DNA of 64,000 nt from Centroscyllium fabricii (lineage: Eukaryota): positions 20,646,001-20,710,000 of the forward strand of contig JBNRSN020000029.1 of assembly GCA_051313645.2 (NCBI GenBank), in the 5' to 3' direction. The notes beneath the pieces are model-generated. The model was not told the origin of the DNA and ran no database searches. It worked only from the letters and a program-made list of their open reading frames with translations. Below, piece after piece: positions 1 through 12,691 of this stretch (its first letter is position 1; each line of letters begins with the position of its first letter). The translations under genes and the position numbers were made by a program.

Positions 1-1345
1 AAACTGCCACACAAAGGATTATTGCTCAGGATAAAAAAATCACAGGGATGGGGTTAATCTTCTGGCATGTGTGGTGGATTGGCTTTCTAAAAGTAAGAAG
101 AGAATTGGGATAAATGGTTCGTTCTCAGACTGGAAATCAGTGACTAGTGCTGTTCCGAAGGGTCGCTGCTGGGACTCCAACTCTTTACAATCTATATTAA
201 TGATTTGGAGGAAGGGGCCAAGTGCAACATATCAACGTTTACGGATGACACAGAGATGGGAGGGAGTGTGATGAGTGAGGAGGACATTAAATACCTGCAA
301 AAGGACATAGATAAGCTAAGTGAGTGGGCAGAGATTTGGAAAATGGAATATAATAATGGAAAGTGTGAAGTTATGCACTTTGGCAGGAACAATAAAGGAG
401 CAAATTATTATCTAAATGGAAAGAAATTGGAAAGTATTTCAGTGCAAAGGGATCTGGGGCCCAGGTGCAGGAAACATAAAAATATTATGCAGGTGCAACC
501 GGTCGTCAGGAATGCCAATGCATTGTTCACTTTTATTGCTAAAGGAAAAGAGTATAAACGCAGGGAGCTCTTGCTGCATTTGTACACGGTATTGGTGACA
601 CCACACCTGGAGTACTGCGTGCAGTTCTGGTATCCATATTTAAGAAAGGACATACTTGCTCTCGAGGCAGTGCAAAGAAGGATCACCTTGTTAATTCCGG
701 GGATGAGGGGAGTGACATGTGACTCGAGGTGGAGTAGATTGGGCCTCTACTCATTGGAGTTCAGAAGAATGAGAGGCGAACTTACTGAAACATATAAGAT
801 TGTGAGAGGGCTTGATTGGGTGGATGCAGTGTGGATGTCCCCAATTGTGGATGAAACTAGGACTAGGGGGCATAATCTTAAAATAAGGGGCTGCCATTTC
901 AAAACTGAAATGAGCAGAATCTTCTTCACTCAGTGGCTGTGGTATTTGCTGCCCCAGAGCGCTGTGGAAGCTATTACATTGAATAAAGTTAAAACAGAGA
1001 TGGACAGTTTCCTGGAAGTAAAGGGAATTAGGGGTTATGCTGAGCGGGCAGGTAAGTGGACGTGAGGCTCGGTTTCTATCGGCCATGTGATCTCCTGGAC
1101 CAGATTTCGATCCCCTAGATAAGTCCGAGAGGAATTTCCCACAATTCTTTCTCCCAAATTGGCTACTGGGTTTCATAACTGTTTGTTGGCCTCGCCCGGG
1201 TGATCACATGGGTTTGGGTGGGATGGAGAGTAAAAGTAAAATTAAGGTTATGATCAGGTCAGACATGATCTTGTTGAATGGCGGAGCAGGTTTGAGTGGC
1301 CGATTGGCGTACTCCTGCTACTATTTCTTATGTTCTTATGTTCTT
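1..1345 (+). mobile_element. CR1 LINE, 3' part of ORF2 (RT C-terminus) plus 3' UTR; begins before the window
   Basis: ORF 205..1065 has CR1 RT motifs ([29 protein letters not shown]); ends in the TATGTTCT repeat tail at ~1329-1345. Confidence 0.95.
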
Positions 1346-1349
1346 TTGT

Positions 1350-1470
1350 ACGACGGGATTATGTGGGGCCTGAATATGGGCAGAGGGAATTTCAGAGATT
1401 TGTCGGTTATTATTAGAAGCGTAGACGTTGTTTTTCAACAGTTGCAAACGTTTACATTACATTTGAAATA
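1350..1470 (+). pseudogene. Foamy-virus-like gag relic (capsid C-terminal domain)
   Basis: 1361-1423 reads MWGLNMGRGNFRDLSVIIRSV, resembling PFV Gag LGMMLSGQNYQLVSGIIRGY (recalled). Confidence 0.6.
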
Positions 1471-1559
1471 TAGTATAGTAATAACGAGCAATCGCTATTA
1501 ATATCAAGAGGGGCAATTGAAGGGAAGTCTGTGCTTTACAATCAGGACCAGGATTGTCT

Positions 1560-2520
1560 TGGATGCTAATACGTGGGCCATCCGATATCTGCTCGCTCAA
1601 TGTCCAGTTCCTTAGACCAATGGAGCTGAATGTCGGGAGGGGCAGATAACAGGCAGCTCGTGCCATTTCGCCCAATAATTTCTAAGCCCAGATAGCTGCG
1701 GCTACAAAGGAGCTCTCCTTTAATATTTCTCAACAATTATCCTAAATGTATTTCAAGATCTGTATTTGAATCCCGGTCTAATTATTGTCAAACGCAATAA
1801 CACTGTGGATGCCGGAAATCTGAAATAAATGCAGAAACTGCTGCAAATACTCAGCAGATCAGGCAGCATATGGGGAGATAAACAGAGCCAACATTTCAGG
1901 TCGATCATCTTTTCACAACATAATTATTGCACCCCATTTGTTGAGATAAAACGGCTCTTTGAATTCCAAACTGAACCGAATACTGTAAATAGCAATAACT
2001 CTTGAATCAGATCCAAATCTCTGTCAAGAGTAGAAATTTAAACTTTGTGCACTGCAGCTTGTACAAATATAACAGTGGAAATCCTTGTCACTGTGTGGAA
2101 ATCCTATATAATGACCATATCCCAGTTTCTTTTTTGTCTGTCTGAGCTTGATGTGATACGCGGTATTTCTCCTACCTCCAGTTTTCGTAAATAATAAATG
2201 TTAAAAAAACTATCAGCAGATTAATTAAAGTCTATTATTGATTTGAAATATTTATCTCTTGCTTTATCGACCGGTACACTAGGGCCAGAAAAGATGGAAT
2301 TATTTACCTTTACCACGTGTATGATAATATGAAGAACAGGAGACCAGCGCACTGAAAAGCCAGCCCGACGTTCATCTCATTCTTAAATGTGAAAATAATC
2401 CCTGCATCAGGTTTTTGTTGTCTGCAGCAACACTATTGAAGATAATTACTGGGATGGAGCGCCGATCTCCTGTGATAAATGTAACCTTACCACTGTTTCA
2501 GCCTGATTACAAATACCTTT
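1560..2520 (+). pseudogene. Foamy-virus-like env relic E (leader peptide and N-terminal SU), interrupted by a SINE and truncated by a CR1
   Basis: Collinear motifs: IRYLLAQC 1580-1603 (PFV FRYLLYTC); RLQRS 1699-1713 then PKCI (RIARSL..PKYV); PGLIIAPH restored across the SINE TSD (PQGVYYEPH); LNRIL*I..NLCQE*KFKL 1971-2045 (LSQILMI..NLTQEVKKLL). Confidence 0.75.
1788..1920 (-). mobile_element. Short Penelope-associated/SINE-like repeat with decayed hammerhead end; 9-bp TSD
   Basis: Same family as 45262-45400 and 47892-48025; flanked by TAATTATTG at 1779-1787 and 1921-1929. Confidence 0.8.
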
Positions 2521-5500
2521 AATCGAAGGTTTCCAGTCACAAAAACAACCTTCAACCATCACGTTCTGCCTTCTGCCACTAAGCCAGTTTTCGCTCCAAT
2601 GTGCCAATGTGCCCTGGATCCTATGGGCTCTTAACTTCTTGACCAGTTTCCTATGCGGGACTTTATCAAATGACTTACTGAAATCCATGTATACCACTTC
2701 CGCTGCACTGGCTACATCCACACACCTATTCACACTCTCCAAATATGCAATCAAATTGATCAGACATGATCTTCACTTGACAAAGCCATGCTTACAGCTC
2801 TTGGTTAATCCTTGCCTTTCCAAGTGGAGACTAATTCTGTACCTATGACCTTTTGCCAATAATTTCCCGACCACTGATGTTAGGCTAACTTGACTATAAT
2901 TCCCTGCTTTATCCCTGCTACCCACTTGAGTAATGTTACTACGTTAGCTGTTCCCCAGTCCTCTATCACATGCCCTGTGGCCAGTGAGGTTCTGAAATGT
3001 TGTGTCAAAGCACCTGCAATCTCTTCCTTTGCCTCACACAGCAGCCTAGGTTACATCTCGTCCGGGCCTGTGGATTTATCCAATTTAAGCCTGCTAAAGC
3101 CGCTAATTCCTCCTCCCACTCGTTGCTAATATGTTCAAGTATATGACAGTCTCCCTGCCTGATTTCCATGTCTACATCATCTTCGCTATAGTGAACACAG
3201 ATGCAAAAGCAATTTTATAAACCCCACCTACATCTTCTGTCTCTATACACAGATTGCCAATTTGGTACCTAATTGGCCTGCTCTTTCCCTAGTTATCATG
3301 TAGCCCTGAATGTATTATAAAGCACCTTGGGATTTCCTTTGATTTGCTCGCCAGTGTTATTTACTGGCCACTCCTCGCTCTCCGAATTTCTTTTTTATTT
3401 AAGCCACTTCACTTTTCATACTCCGCTAGGGCTTCCTCTGTCTTTAGTCCTTTGAAGCTGCCAAAAGCCACCCTTTGTTCACAATCCATTTTGACATCTC
3501 CCTTGACAGGCACGTTTTCCTGGGCTTGTTGGTCCCATCCTTGACCTTTACAGGAATGTGTTTCCATTGCACTCTCTCCATTTCATTTGTGAAAGACTCT
3601 GATGAGGAATTTGCTAGAAGTAGCTGAGCCCAGTCCACTTTGGCCAAATCCTACCTTAACATACTTAAACCGGTCTCACCCCAATTTAGAATCTTTTTGT
3701 CTGGTCCATTTGTCCTTTCCCATGACTAACTTAAAACTCACCGAATTAGGGTCACCATCACTAAAGTGCTCTCCTACAAACACTTCTACCACTTGCCCGG
3801 CCACATTAGCTAGAATTAGATCCAGTATAGGCCATCTCTTGTAGGATTTCTACATACTGGCTCAAAAAGCTCTCGTGGGGGCACTTTAAGTATTCTGTGC
3901 CCGGTAAGTCTTTCACACTCTGACAACCCCATTTAATATTGGGGAAGTTGAAATCTCCTTCTATTATTACACTATTATTTTCATACTTCTCAGAGATTTG
4001 CCTCCATATCTGTTCCTCTATCTCCCCATGACTGTTTGGGGGCCTATAGTACACTCTCAGCAAAGTGCTTGCTCACTTTTTGTTTTTAGGTTCTACCCAT
4101 TAGTCCTCATTAGAGGAACATGTTAATTGTATCATCTCTACTTACAGCAGTAATTGGCTCCTTTATAAATATTGCGACACCCCCGCCTCTTTTACCCCCC
4201 TCTGTTTCGCCTGAACATTCTATTCCCCGGAATATTGAGCTGCTGGTCCTGCCGCTAACCGTAAACATGTCTCCGTGATAGCAACAAAATCAAATGCCCA
4301 TGTGTTCATCAAAATCTTCAATTCATCCACCTTAATCGCAAGATACATTGCAGAAAACTAAATGCCATCGAGCCTTGCTCTACTACCTTGTGCCGTTATA
4401 TATTTTCTCTAACATCCAGGCTTACTAGATTTTTCCTCATATATTTGGCTGTGCATCACCCCCTAATAAAGTTTCACTCCTTATCCCTTCACCCTGACAA
4501 GTAAGTTGAAATCCCCCCCAACAGCACTAGCAAACATCCCCGCAAAATATTGGGCCTGTTCTGGTTTATGTGCAACACATCCGCCTTGTCCAAGTCCCAC
4601 CTTCCCAAGAAGCAGACCCAGTGATCCAAGAAACTAAAGTCATCGCTCATGCACCAACTCTTTTGCAATACATTCATCAGCTCTATCTCTCTTTTCGTGT
4701 ACTCACTAGCAAGTGGCACTGGGACTAATCCAGAGATTGCAACCTTGGAGATCCTGCTCTCTAATCTGCTCCCTAGCTCCCTATTTTTTTGTTGCAGGAC
4801 TTCATCCCTCATCATACCCTTGCCGTTGGTAGCAATGTGAACTACGAACTCTGACTGTTTGCCCTCTCACTTCAGCATGACCTCCAACAGTCCTATGACA
4901 TCCTTGACCCTGGAACGAGGAAGGCAACAAACCATCCTGGTGTCACATCGACGGCCACAGATACACATATCTGTTCCCCACACGATAGAATCCCCTATCA
5001 CTATTGCTCTTCCATTCTTTTTCCTCCCTGCCTGAGCAGCAGAAGCACCCCTGGAGCCAGGAAGTTGGCTGCTGCTGCCTTCCCACGGGAAGTCTTCCCC
5101 TGCAACAGTATCCATATCGGTTAGCTGTTTGAGAGGGGGATGGGCAAAAGGGCACCCTGCACTACCTGACTGCTTCTATTACTCCGCCTGATGGTCACCA
5201 ATTTCCCTTCTGCCTGTGCAGCCCTTACCTACGGTGTGACCAGCTCACTAAACAAGCTATCCTCGATCCTCTCATCCTCGAGAACGCTCGAATAGGCATC
5301 ATACGCAGCTCCATTAACACAATGTGCACTGCTATTAGCTGAAGCTGGATACATTTCCGGCAGACATGCATGTCAGGGACATTGGCAGCGTCGCTGAATT
5401 CCCACATAGCGCAGGTGGAGCACAACACGGAGATGGGCTATCCCAACATGACTTACCCTTAAATTTATTGAAATCAAATCAACACCACCAAATAAATGAT

Positions 5501-5720
5501 ATACGCAAGTGCGCTTGCCTGTCAGCAGGGCCCGCTACTTGCTCTTTAATTGATCGAAAATTAAAATTAAATCAATCAATCCCACTAATTAAACTACAGT
5601 TAAATGGTTTACCAACATTCAGCGCTTCACCAGAGAGACTTTTGCAACTATAAACCACAGAGGTTAATTTTAAAAGCGAGAAATACTCACCGTCCAATCA
5701 CTTACCTGCTTCCTGGTGTC
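2520..5720 (-). mobile_element. Degenerate CR1 LINE (ORF1 zinc finger and SGNH esterase, APE endonuclease, 5' RT), 3'-truncated
   Basis: Fragments CSTCAMWE..VCRKC (5225..5428), VIGDSIV..VCCLP (4867..5115), YYRPPN..GDFNFP (3806..4063), YMDFSKSFDKVPH (2446..2754). Confidence 0.9.
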
Positions 5721-5874
5721 GTCACACTTTGAACGTGCCTGTTTAAAATGATTTATTTCACATTTACTAATATTAAAATAATTATAACAGACTATATGAA
5801 TTATTTAAATGTTAACTTTTTATGCTTGTTTTCAACTGTTATTTTGGATTTTGTGAAAATGTTAACGTTCTTAT

Positions 5875-5965
5875 AAATTCATCTCGGGCAGCAATATTCA
5901 TCAGGCGGGTATGACGGGGCCCGATCCGATACCGTCCTTTTCGTGCCATAGCCCGAGATGAATTT
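5875..5965. repeat. 91-bp mini inverted-repeat element
   Basis: Perfect 15-bp arms AAATTCATCTCGGGC (5875-5889) and GCCCGAGATGAATTT (5951-5965). Confidence 0.7.
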
Positions 5966-6129
5966 CAAAGATTCACTTTATCAAAATTACTTTCACAACA
6001 ATTTTCAGTTTTCCTCTACATGTACTTCTTCTATTTAAATAGAAAGCCTGTGAGGGAGAAACATGCCTTTTGACGATGTTGCCTAGATCCAGCGTGTGAT
6101 TCAGGATGATAGAGCTGAAAACACCAGGG

Positions 6130-6655
6130 AACAACAAAGAAGTCTGATAAACTATCAATGTCGCCTGATCAGGAGAAACTGCTACACACCCCAGAGTAAG
6201 GATGTCTTTTCAGATGGTGCCAGAGGAGTTGTATGTGAGGAGGCTGCGCTTTAGCAAAGATGCAGTCGATGGACTAGGTAACATTTTAAAGAATTATCTC
6301 CAAACCCGCTGAAAGACCCGCACTTCATTATCAGTGTCCATGAAGTTAATCACAGCGCTAAACTTATTTGTCTTTGGAGATTTCAGTGAGGCACCGGTGA
6401 CATTTCAAACATCACCCAGACTGCAGCGAGCGCCTGCACTCACCAGGTCACAGATACCATTTTCCGTGGGGCTTCAGAGTTCAGAGATTTGGAGTTGTCC
6501 ACTCGGCAGCAAAGATAGACGGTCCTTGCATTTTATAGAATTGCTTGCATCCACAAAATGATTGGGCCCGTCGATGGAACCCATAGTGCATTGAAGTCAC
6601 CAATTGATGCACCTGTGACAGAAAGAAAGAGGAAGGAGTTTCCTTCAATTACTCA
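6130..6655 (+). pseudogene. PIF/Harbinger (HARBI1-like) transposase relic
   Basis: RRLRFSKDAV..TSLSVSMKLITALNLF..GD, then IGPVDGTH.ALKSP..RKEFPSI, match the Harbinger DDE N-terminal motifs (IDCTH, NRKGFHS); stops and frameshifts present; MITE-like sequence follows to ~7167. Confidence 0.8.
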
Positions 6656-7476
6656 TGTGCCGGATTTTCTGACGCCTCCGGGGTGTACACGCTCAAAAGC
6701 GGGTTTGCAATTGCTGGTGTCATGCATGCGAAGTGCCTGCACTGAAACCAGTTACATGCGATCTGTCAAGAATTCTCTTGAAAGATCAACTGCATCCCCA
6801 GGAGAAGAGCCTCCGTGGATGGAGATTTCCGTGTTTTGCACAAATTCCGCCCGCTAAATGGCTGTCATTCGTAGAGGCCTGCTTTTACCAGCTGAAGAGT
6901 TTCATAACACATTTATAACTTAGAAATACTCTACAAAATGGTACGTGTATTTTTAGCATCATGAAATCATTATTTTTTGATAAAATTTAATAATTTTTTA
7001 ATATTCAATTAAAAATATTAATGTAACTTGTTGTGTATTTAAAGGTGAATCCCATTCATACATGTGACAGTCTGTACCAGCTTTAAGCTTACGCGGTAAA
7101 ATCGAATTTCTAACAATAGGTTCTACTTTGCGGCGGTTGTGACATATATGTGATAGAATTATGGCCTGTGATCAACAGTAACTAAATTAGAAAAATTCCA
7201 TTTAAATTAAATGGAGTATTATTAAACTCCTCTGTTGTCTTAAGGATTGACTTCAACAATCCATGCCATTAATTTTTGCACAGTGTAAACGAGTAACCTT
7301 TTAAATCTATAATCCTTAATTACAATTTTAAAACAGACAACACAGCAAGCTGGAATGGGCTAGGCACGAATTGGAAATAAGCATATGTAGATGAAATGTG
7401 GAGGTGCATTGATTTCAGACAAAGTTTGTTGCAAACCTATTATTTTGTATCAATAGATGGAGCGCCGAGCATTAGC

Positions 7477-7980
7477 TGTAATGGTTGTAGGTTGGGCCCA
7501 AATGCAAAACAGCAAAACAGCATACGTTGAAGTAAACTCCTTTATTTCTGAGCAGTAGAAGACATAGGTAACAGTGGGTCGATATATCGGCAGAAAGTTC
7601 ATGGAGGCAACAAGTCCAAAACAGAGGTCAGGCAGAAGGGAATCCAAATACCAAAAACAGGTCAATACCGGGTAGTCCGTCCAGGAGAGCGACAAATCCA
7701 AACGAGGTCAGGCAGAAGAGAATCCAAATTCCAGAAAGCAGGTCAGTATCTCGAACAGGCAGGATCAGAGAGCTTAGAACAAAATACAGGTATCACAGTC
7801 AGAAAGAACAAACGATCTGGCAACCACTAGGTAGAAAGCAGGAGCTTATATACAGCTCATGATTATCACTGGTGACTCTGGGCTGTTCAATCAGGTGTGG
7901 CAGTAGAGCTAACGAGGTGATAACCAGTTAAAGGGGAAGAGCCAACCTATGAGTTAAAGGGGAAGAGCCAACCTATGACA
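7477..7980 (-). mobile_element. Solo LTR (Gypsy-like), 504 bp
   Basis: TG...CA ends; 5-bp TSD TTAGC (7472-7476, 7981-7985); minus-strand TATATAA (~7850) and AATAAA (~7545); internal direct repeats at 7624/7704 and 7926/7952. Confidence 0.85.
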
Positions 7981-8250
7981 TTAGCAGCAACAACGTTTTA
8001 GGAGTTCCTTCGATTGATTAGACCCATCGAAATTTGATGGGTTCAGATGGCATTAATTGTTTATTGAGTATGCTCAGAGATATTGAAATGTCAATGATTC
8101 GTGGACCTGGACAGTAGCCAGCGAGAGAAAATCAAACGTTTCTTTATGTCTATTAATTAAAGTTCCATCTAAAGAAAAACATTGCTCATAGCATTGAACT
8201 GTTAACGAAAACATAAATACATCATTGAGCAATACATAGAAAAGTTAACA

Positions 8251-9387
8251 TTGCCAGAGATAGTCGGGTTGCAGGCATCCGCCGGTGCAAGCCTCTGACT
8301 TACAGTTACCTAGCCCGCCGGCCGTTGTGCTCTGGGCCCCCGTGGGATTCCGAACCGAGGTCTGCTCCAACTGCCGGCACACTGTGCTTGCATACCACAG
8401 TGTTGCAGATATTTCGAAGCATCCCCTGGGCGGCACGGTGGCATAGTGGTTAGCACTGTCGCCTTTCAGCACTAGAGACCAGGGTTCAAGTCCAGCCTTG
8501 CGGTACTATCTGTGTGGAGTTTGCCCACTCTCCCCGTGTCTGCGTGGGTATCCGCTGGGTGCTCCATTTTGCTCCCCCAGTCCAAAGATCTGCGGGTTAG
8601 GTTGGTTGGCCATGATAAATTGACCCTTAATGTTAGTGGATTGAATGTGTAGGGTTACGGGGATAGGGTTGGGATGTGTGTCGGTGCAGGCTCGATAGGG
8701 ATGGAGGGATATGGGGACAAGGCAGGGAGAGGGTACTGGGTTTGGATGATCAGTCATGATCTCATTGAATGGCGGAGCAGGCTCGAAGGTCCAAATGGCC
8801 TATTCCTGCTGCTAGTTTCTATGTTTCTATCTCATGGGCCATGGCGAGCCAGTGGTAGCTGAGAATCTCAAATCATGGTTTTGAAAGAAACACCTGTCAA
8901 ATCTATGAATCCAATTCAGTCCCGAATGATATCTTAAGCATCAAATATTTTTCTTAAAAATCAATTTTTAAAATAAATGTAAATAACATAAAATAAATTA
9001 TTTAAACAATAATTCAATGATTTGAAAAAATTAATGACACTTTGTAAGGGGCTAAAATAACCTTAACGTTTTTAAGGTATTTAATATTGTAAACCTGTGG
9101 AAAAATTGCTTTAATGTTAGTTAATACAGCACTAAGCTTCCGACTGATTTTTGCAAGTGAAGCTCCTGGAGACTTACCCTCCCGGAGAAACCGGCAAAAA
9201 AAGCGAGTGTCAGGTCGATGCACTGCCACTCCAGCACATGCGGTCAAATGCGAATCCTTTCCTTTAAGGGAACACAAGCTGCGGTTTTCCATGAATGCGC
9301 TGTGCTTGCACGAAACCAGCATGCTCGTTGGGGCTATGCACGAGTAACAAGTGCGTACTCACCCGTGGGAACCCGAAGTCCTGGCCA
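8251..9387. mobile_element. Non-autonomous TIR element (Harbinger-type MITE family) carrying a SINE insertion
   Basis: GCCAG/CTGGCC-type ends, GC-rich subtermini (GTGCAAGCCTC) and AT-rich core like 28397-29140, 35457-38767 and 54906-55380. Confidence 0.65.
8428..8830 (+). mobile_element. HE1-type tRNA-derived SINE with CR1-derived tail
   Basis: A-box TGGCATAGTGG, B-box GGTTCAAGTCC, CR1 3' tail GAATGGCGGAGCAGGCTCGAAGG and TTTCTATG repeats. Confidence 0.85.
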
Positions 9388-9740
9388 TCTGTCGGCAGAC
9401 TGATCTGCTCCTGCGTTGCACATGACTCTTCTTCTGGTGTGTACTCCTCCTCTAGGCGGAGTCGCATTCGGCTCTCACGGGCTCAGCAGGCAGGTTGGCG
9501 TATATTTCTCGGGTTCTTGCTATTTGCAGCATGAGTGAAGGCAAATGGAGTTCTCATTTTGTCCAATCAATCACCTTCGCGACTCATTAATGATGGACGG
9601 TTGGCTATTTCTTGCGTGTCCCTCACATTCGTTGGAGTTTATAGAATCATAGAATCATAGAAGATAGGAGCAGGAGTAGGCCATTCAGCCCTTCGAGCCT
9701 GCTCCGCCATTCAATGAGATCATGGCTGATCTTTAGCAAA

Positions 9741-12689
9741 CTAGTACCCCGTCCCCGCCTTTTCTCCATAACAATTAATCCCTTTAGCTTGAAGAAATAT
9801 ATCCAATTCCCTCTTGAATATGTTTAATGAACTGGCCTCCACCGCCCTCTGTGGCAGGGAATTCCACAGGCCCACCACTCTCTGAGTGAATAAATTCTTC
9901 CTCATGTCTGTCCTAAATGGTTTACCCCTTATCCTTAGACTGTGGCCCCTGGTTCTGGACTCCCCCGACATTGGAAACATTCTCTCTGAATCTAACCTGT
10001 CCAGACCTTTCAGAATTTTATACGTCTCAATGAGATCGCCTCTCAATCTTCTAAACTCCAACGAGTACAAGCCCAGACTACACAATCTCTCCTCGTAGGT
10101 CATTCCTGCCATTCCAGCAATCAGCCTGGTGAAACGCCGCTGCACTCCTTCCATGGCAAGAACATCCTTCCTCAGGCGAGGCGACCAGAACTGTACACAA
10201 TACTCGAGGGGTGGTCTCACCAGTGCCTTGTACAGCTGCAGTAAGGTATCCTTATTCCGATACTCGAACCCTCTTGATATGAAGGCCAACATACCATTTG
10301 CCTTCCCAACCGCCTGCTGCACCTGCGTGCTCGCCTTCAGCGACTGGTGCACAAGAACACCCAGGTCTCTCTGCACCTCCCCATCTCCCAATCTATTGCC
10401 ATTTAAGTAGTAATCTGCCCTCCTGTTTTTGCCCCCAAAGTGGATAACCTCACATTTATCCACATTATAGTGCATCTGCCATCTATCTGCCCAGTCCCCC
10501 AACTTATCCAAATCGCCCTGTAACTTCCTGACACCCTCTTCAGAGCCTGCCCCCCCTCCTAGTTTGGTGTCGTCCGCGAATTTGGAGATATTACATTCAA
10601 TTCCCTGATCCAGATCATTAATATATATTGTAAACAGCTGAGGTCCCAGGACAGACCCCTGCGGTACTCCACTAGTAACCGGCTGCCACTCAGAAAACGA
10701 GCCGTTAATTCCAACTCTCTGTTTTCTGTCTGCCAACCAGTTCTCTATCCACATCAAAACTTTTCCCACAATCCCATGAGCCTTAATTTCACATGCTAAT
10801 CTTTTATGTGGAACCTTATCGAAAGCTTTCTGGAAGTCAAGGTACACCACATCTACTGGCTCTCCCCCATCTATTTTCCGAGTTACTTCCTCAAAGAATT
10901 CCAATAGATTAGTTAAACATGATTTACCTTTTGTAAACCCATGTTTACTCTGTCCGATCTCATCCCTACTTGTCAAATACTCCGAGATTACATCCTTGAT
11001 GATGGACTCGAGCATTTTGCCCACTACTGATGTAAAGCTTACTGGTCTATAATTCCCTGCTTTCTCTCTGCCCCCCCTTTTAAATAGTGGGGTAACATTA
11101 GCCACCCTCCAATCCGTGGGTACTGATCCAGAGTCTATTGAGTTCTGGAAAATGATCCTTAATGCACCCTCTATTTCCGGGGCTACCTCTTTAAGTACCC
11201 TAGGATGTAGATTATCAGGCCCTGGGGATTTGTCGGCCTTCAGTCCCTTCAACTTCCCCAAAACCATCTCCCTAGAAATACTGATATCTGTCAGCTCCTC
11301 CCTTGCCTTGGACCCTATGTTCGCTGCTATCCCTGGGAGGTTGCTTGTGTCCTCCTTTGTGAAGACAGTACCAAAATATGAATTTAGTTGGTCTGCCATT
11401 TCTTTATTCCCCATTATATATTCCCCTGAATCGGACTGCAAGGGACCGACTTGGGATTTTACCAATCTTTTCCTCTTGATGTACCTATAAAAGCTTTTGC
11501 AGTCAGTATTTATGTTTGCCGCAAGCTTACATTCATATTGTATCTTCCCCCTCCTGATTAATCCCTTTGTCTTCCTTTGCTGTATCCTGAATTGCTCCCA
11601 ATCTTCCGGCCTAGTACTTTTTTTGGCCAATTGATATGCCCATTTTTTGGATTTAATATTGTCCCTTATTTCCCTTGTTATCCACGGTTGAGTCACCTTT
11701 CTAGGTTTATTCTTATGCCGAACCGGTATGAACGAGTTCTGTATTTCTTCCATCCTATACTTGAATGCTTGCCATTGTCTATCCACATTCAATCCCCCCA
11801 GGAACACTGCCCAATCTATCTTGCTTAATTCCCTTCTCATACCTTCATAATTCCCTTTATTTAAATTCAGGATCTTAGTCTCTGAGTTGATCTTTTCACT
11901 TTCCATCTCAACTGAGAATTCGATCATATTATGATCGCTCCGACCCAAGGGGCCTCCTACAACGAGATTGTTAATTAGTCCCTTCTCATTTCACAATACC
12001 CAGTCTAAGATGGCCTGATCCCGAGTTGGTTCCTCGACATATTGGTCCAGATACCCATCCCGTAGACGTTCTAGGAATTCCTCCTCCTTAGTATTTTTAC
12101 TAACTTGGCTAGTCCAATCAATAAGTAAATTAAAGTCGCCCATGACGACAGCTGTGCCCTTATTGCAAGCTTCTCTAATTTCCCTTTATATGCCGTCCCC
12201 CACCTCCATATTACTATTTGGAGGCCTGTATATAACTCCCACTAATGTTTTCCGCCCTTTACTATTTCTTAGTTCTGCCCATATAGATTCCGTATCATCT
12301 GAGTTAATATCCTTCCTTTCAATTGCATTTATCCCCTCTTTCACCAGGAATGCCACCCCACCTCCCTTTCTTTTGTGCCGATCCTTTCTGAATGTTGTAT
12401 ACCCCGGGATGTTGAGTTCCCAGCCTTGCCCCCCCTGCAGCCATGTTTCCGTAATTCCAATCAACTCATATTTGCTTACCTCTATTTCCACAGCTAGTTC
12501 ATCCACCTTGTTCCTAATGCTTCTTGCGTTAAGATACAAAGCCTTTAGGCTTGTTTTGATCACACTATTATGAATTTGTTTGGCCCTTTGTGTTTCTCTC
12601 CCTTGCTTATTGTTTCTCACCTTCCTACCATTTGTTTCTGGCTTCCTATGACATCCCTCTTTTCCACTACCTATCCAAACCCCCTGCAA
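9741..12689 (-). pseudogene. CR1 ORF2 (APE endonuclease + reverse transcriptase); one frame, two nonsense codons (~12187, ~11991)
   Basis: YLNARSI, ITETWL, YRPPN, GDFN, SDHN; [35 protein letters not shown]; ORFs 12186..12689 and 9741..11948 share a frame. Confidence 0.95.
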
Positions 12690-12691
12690 AG

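Noticed and set aside
7477-7980. Solo LTR as the foamy element's own LTR
   Set aside because: It lies inside env with its own 5-bp TSD, so it is a later independent insertion
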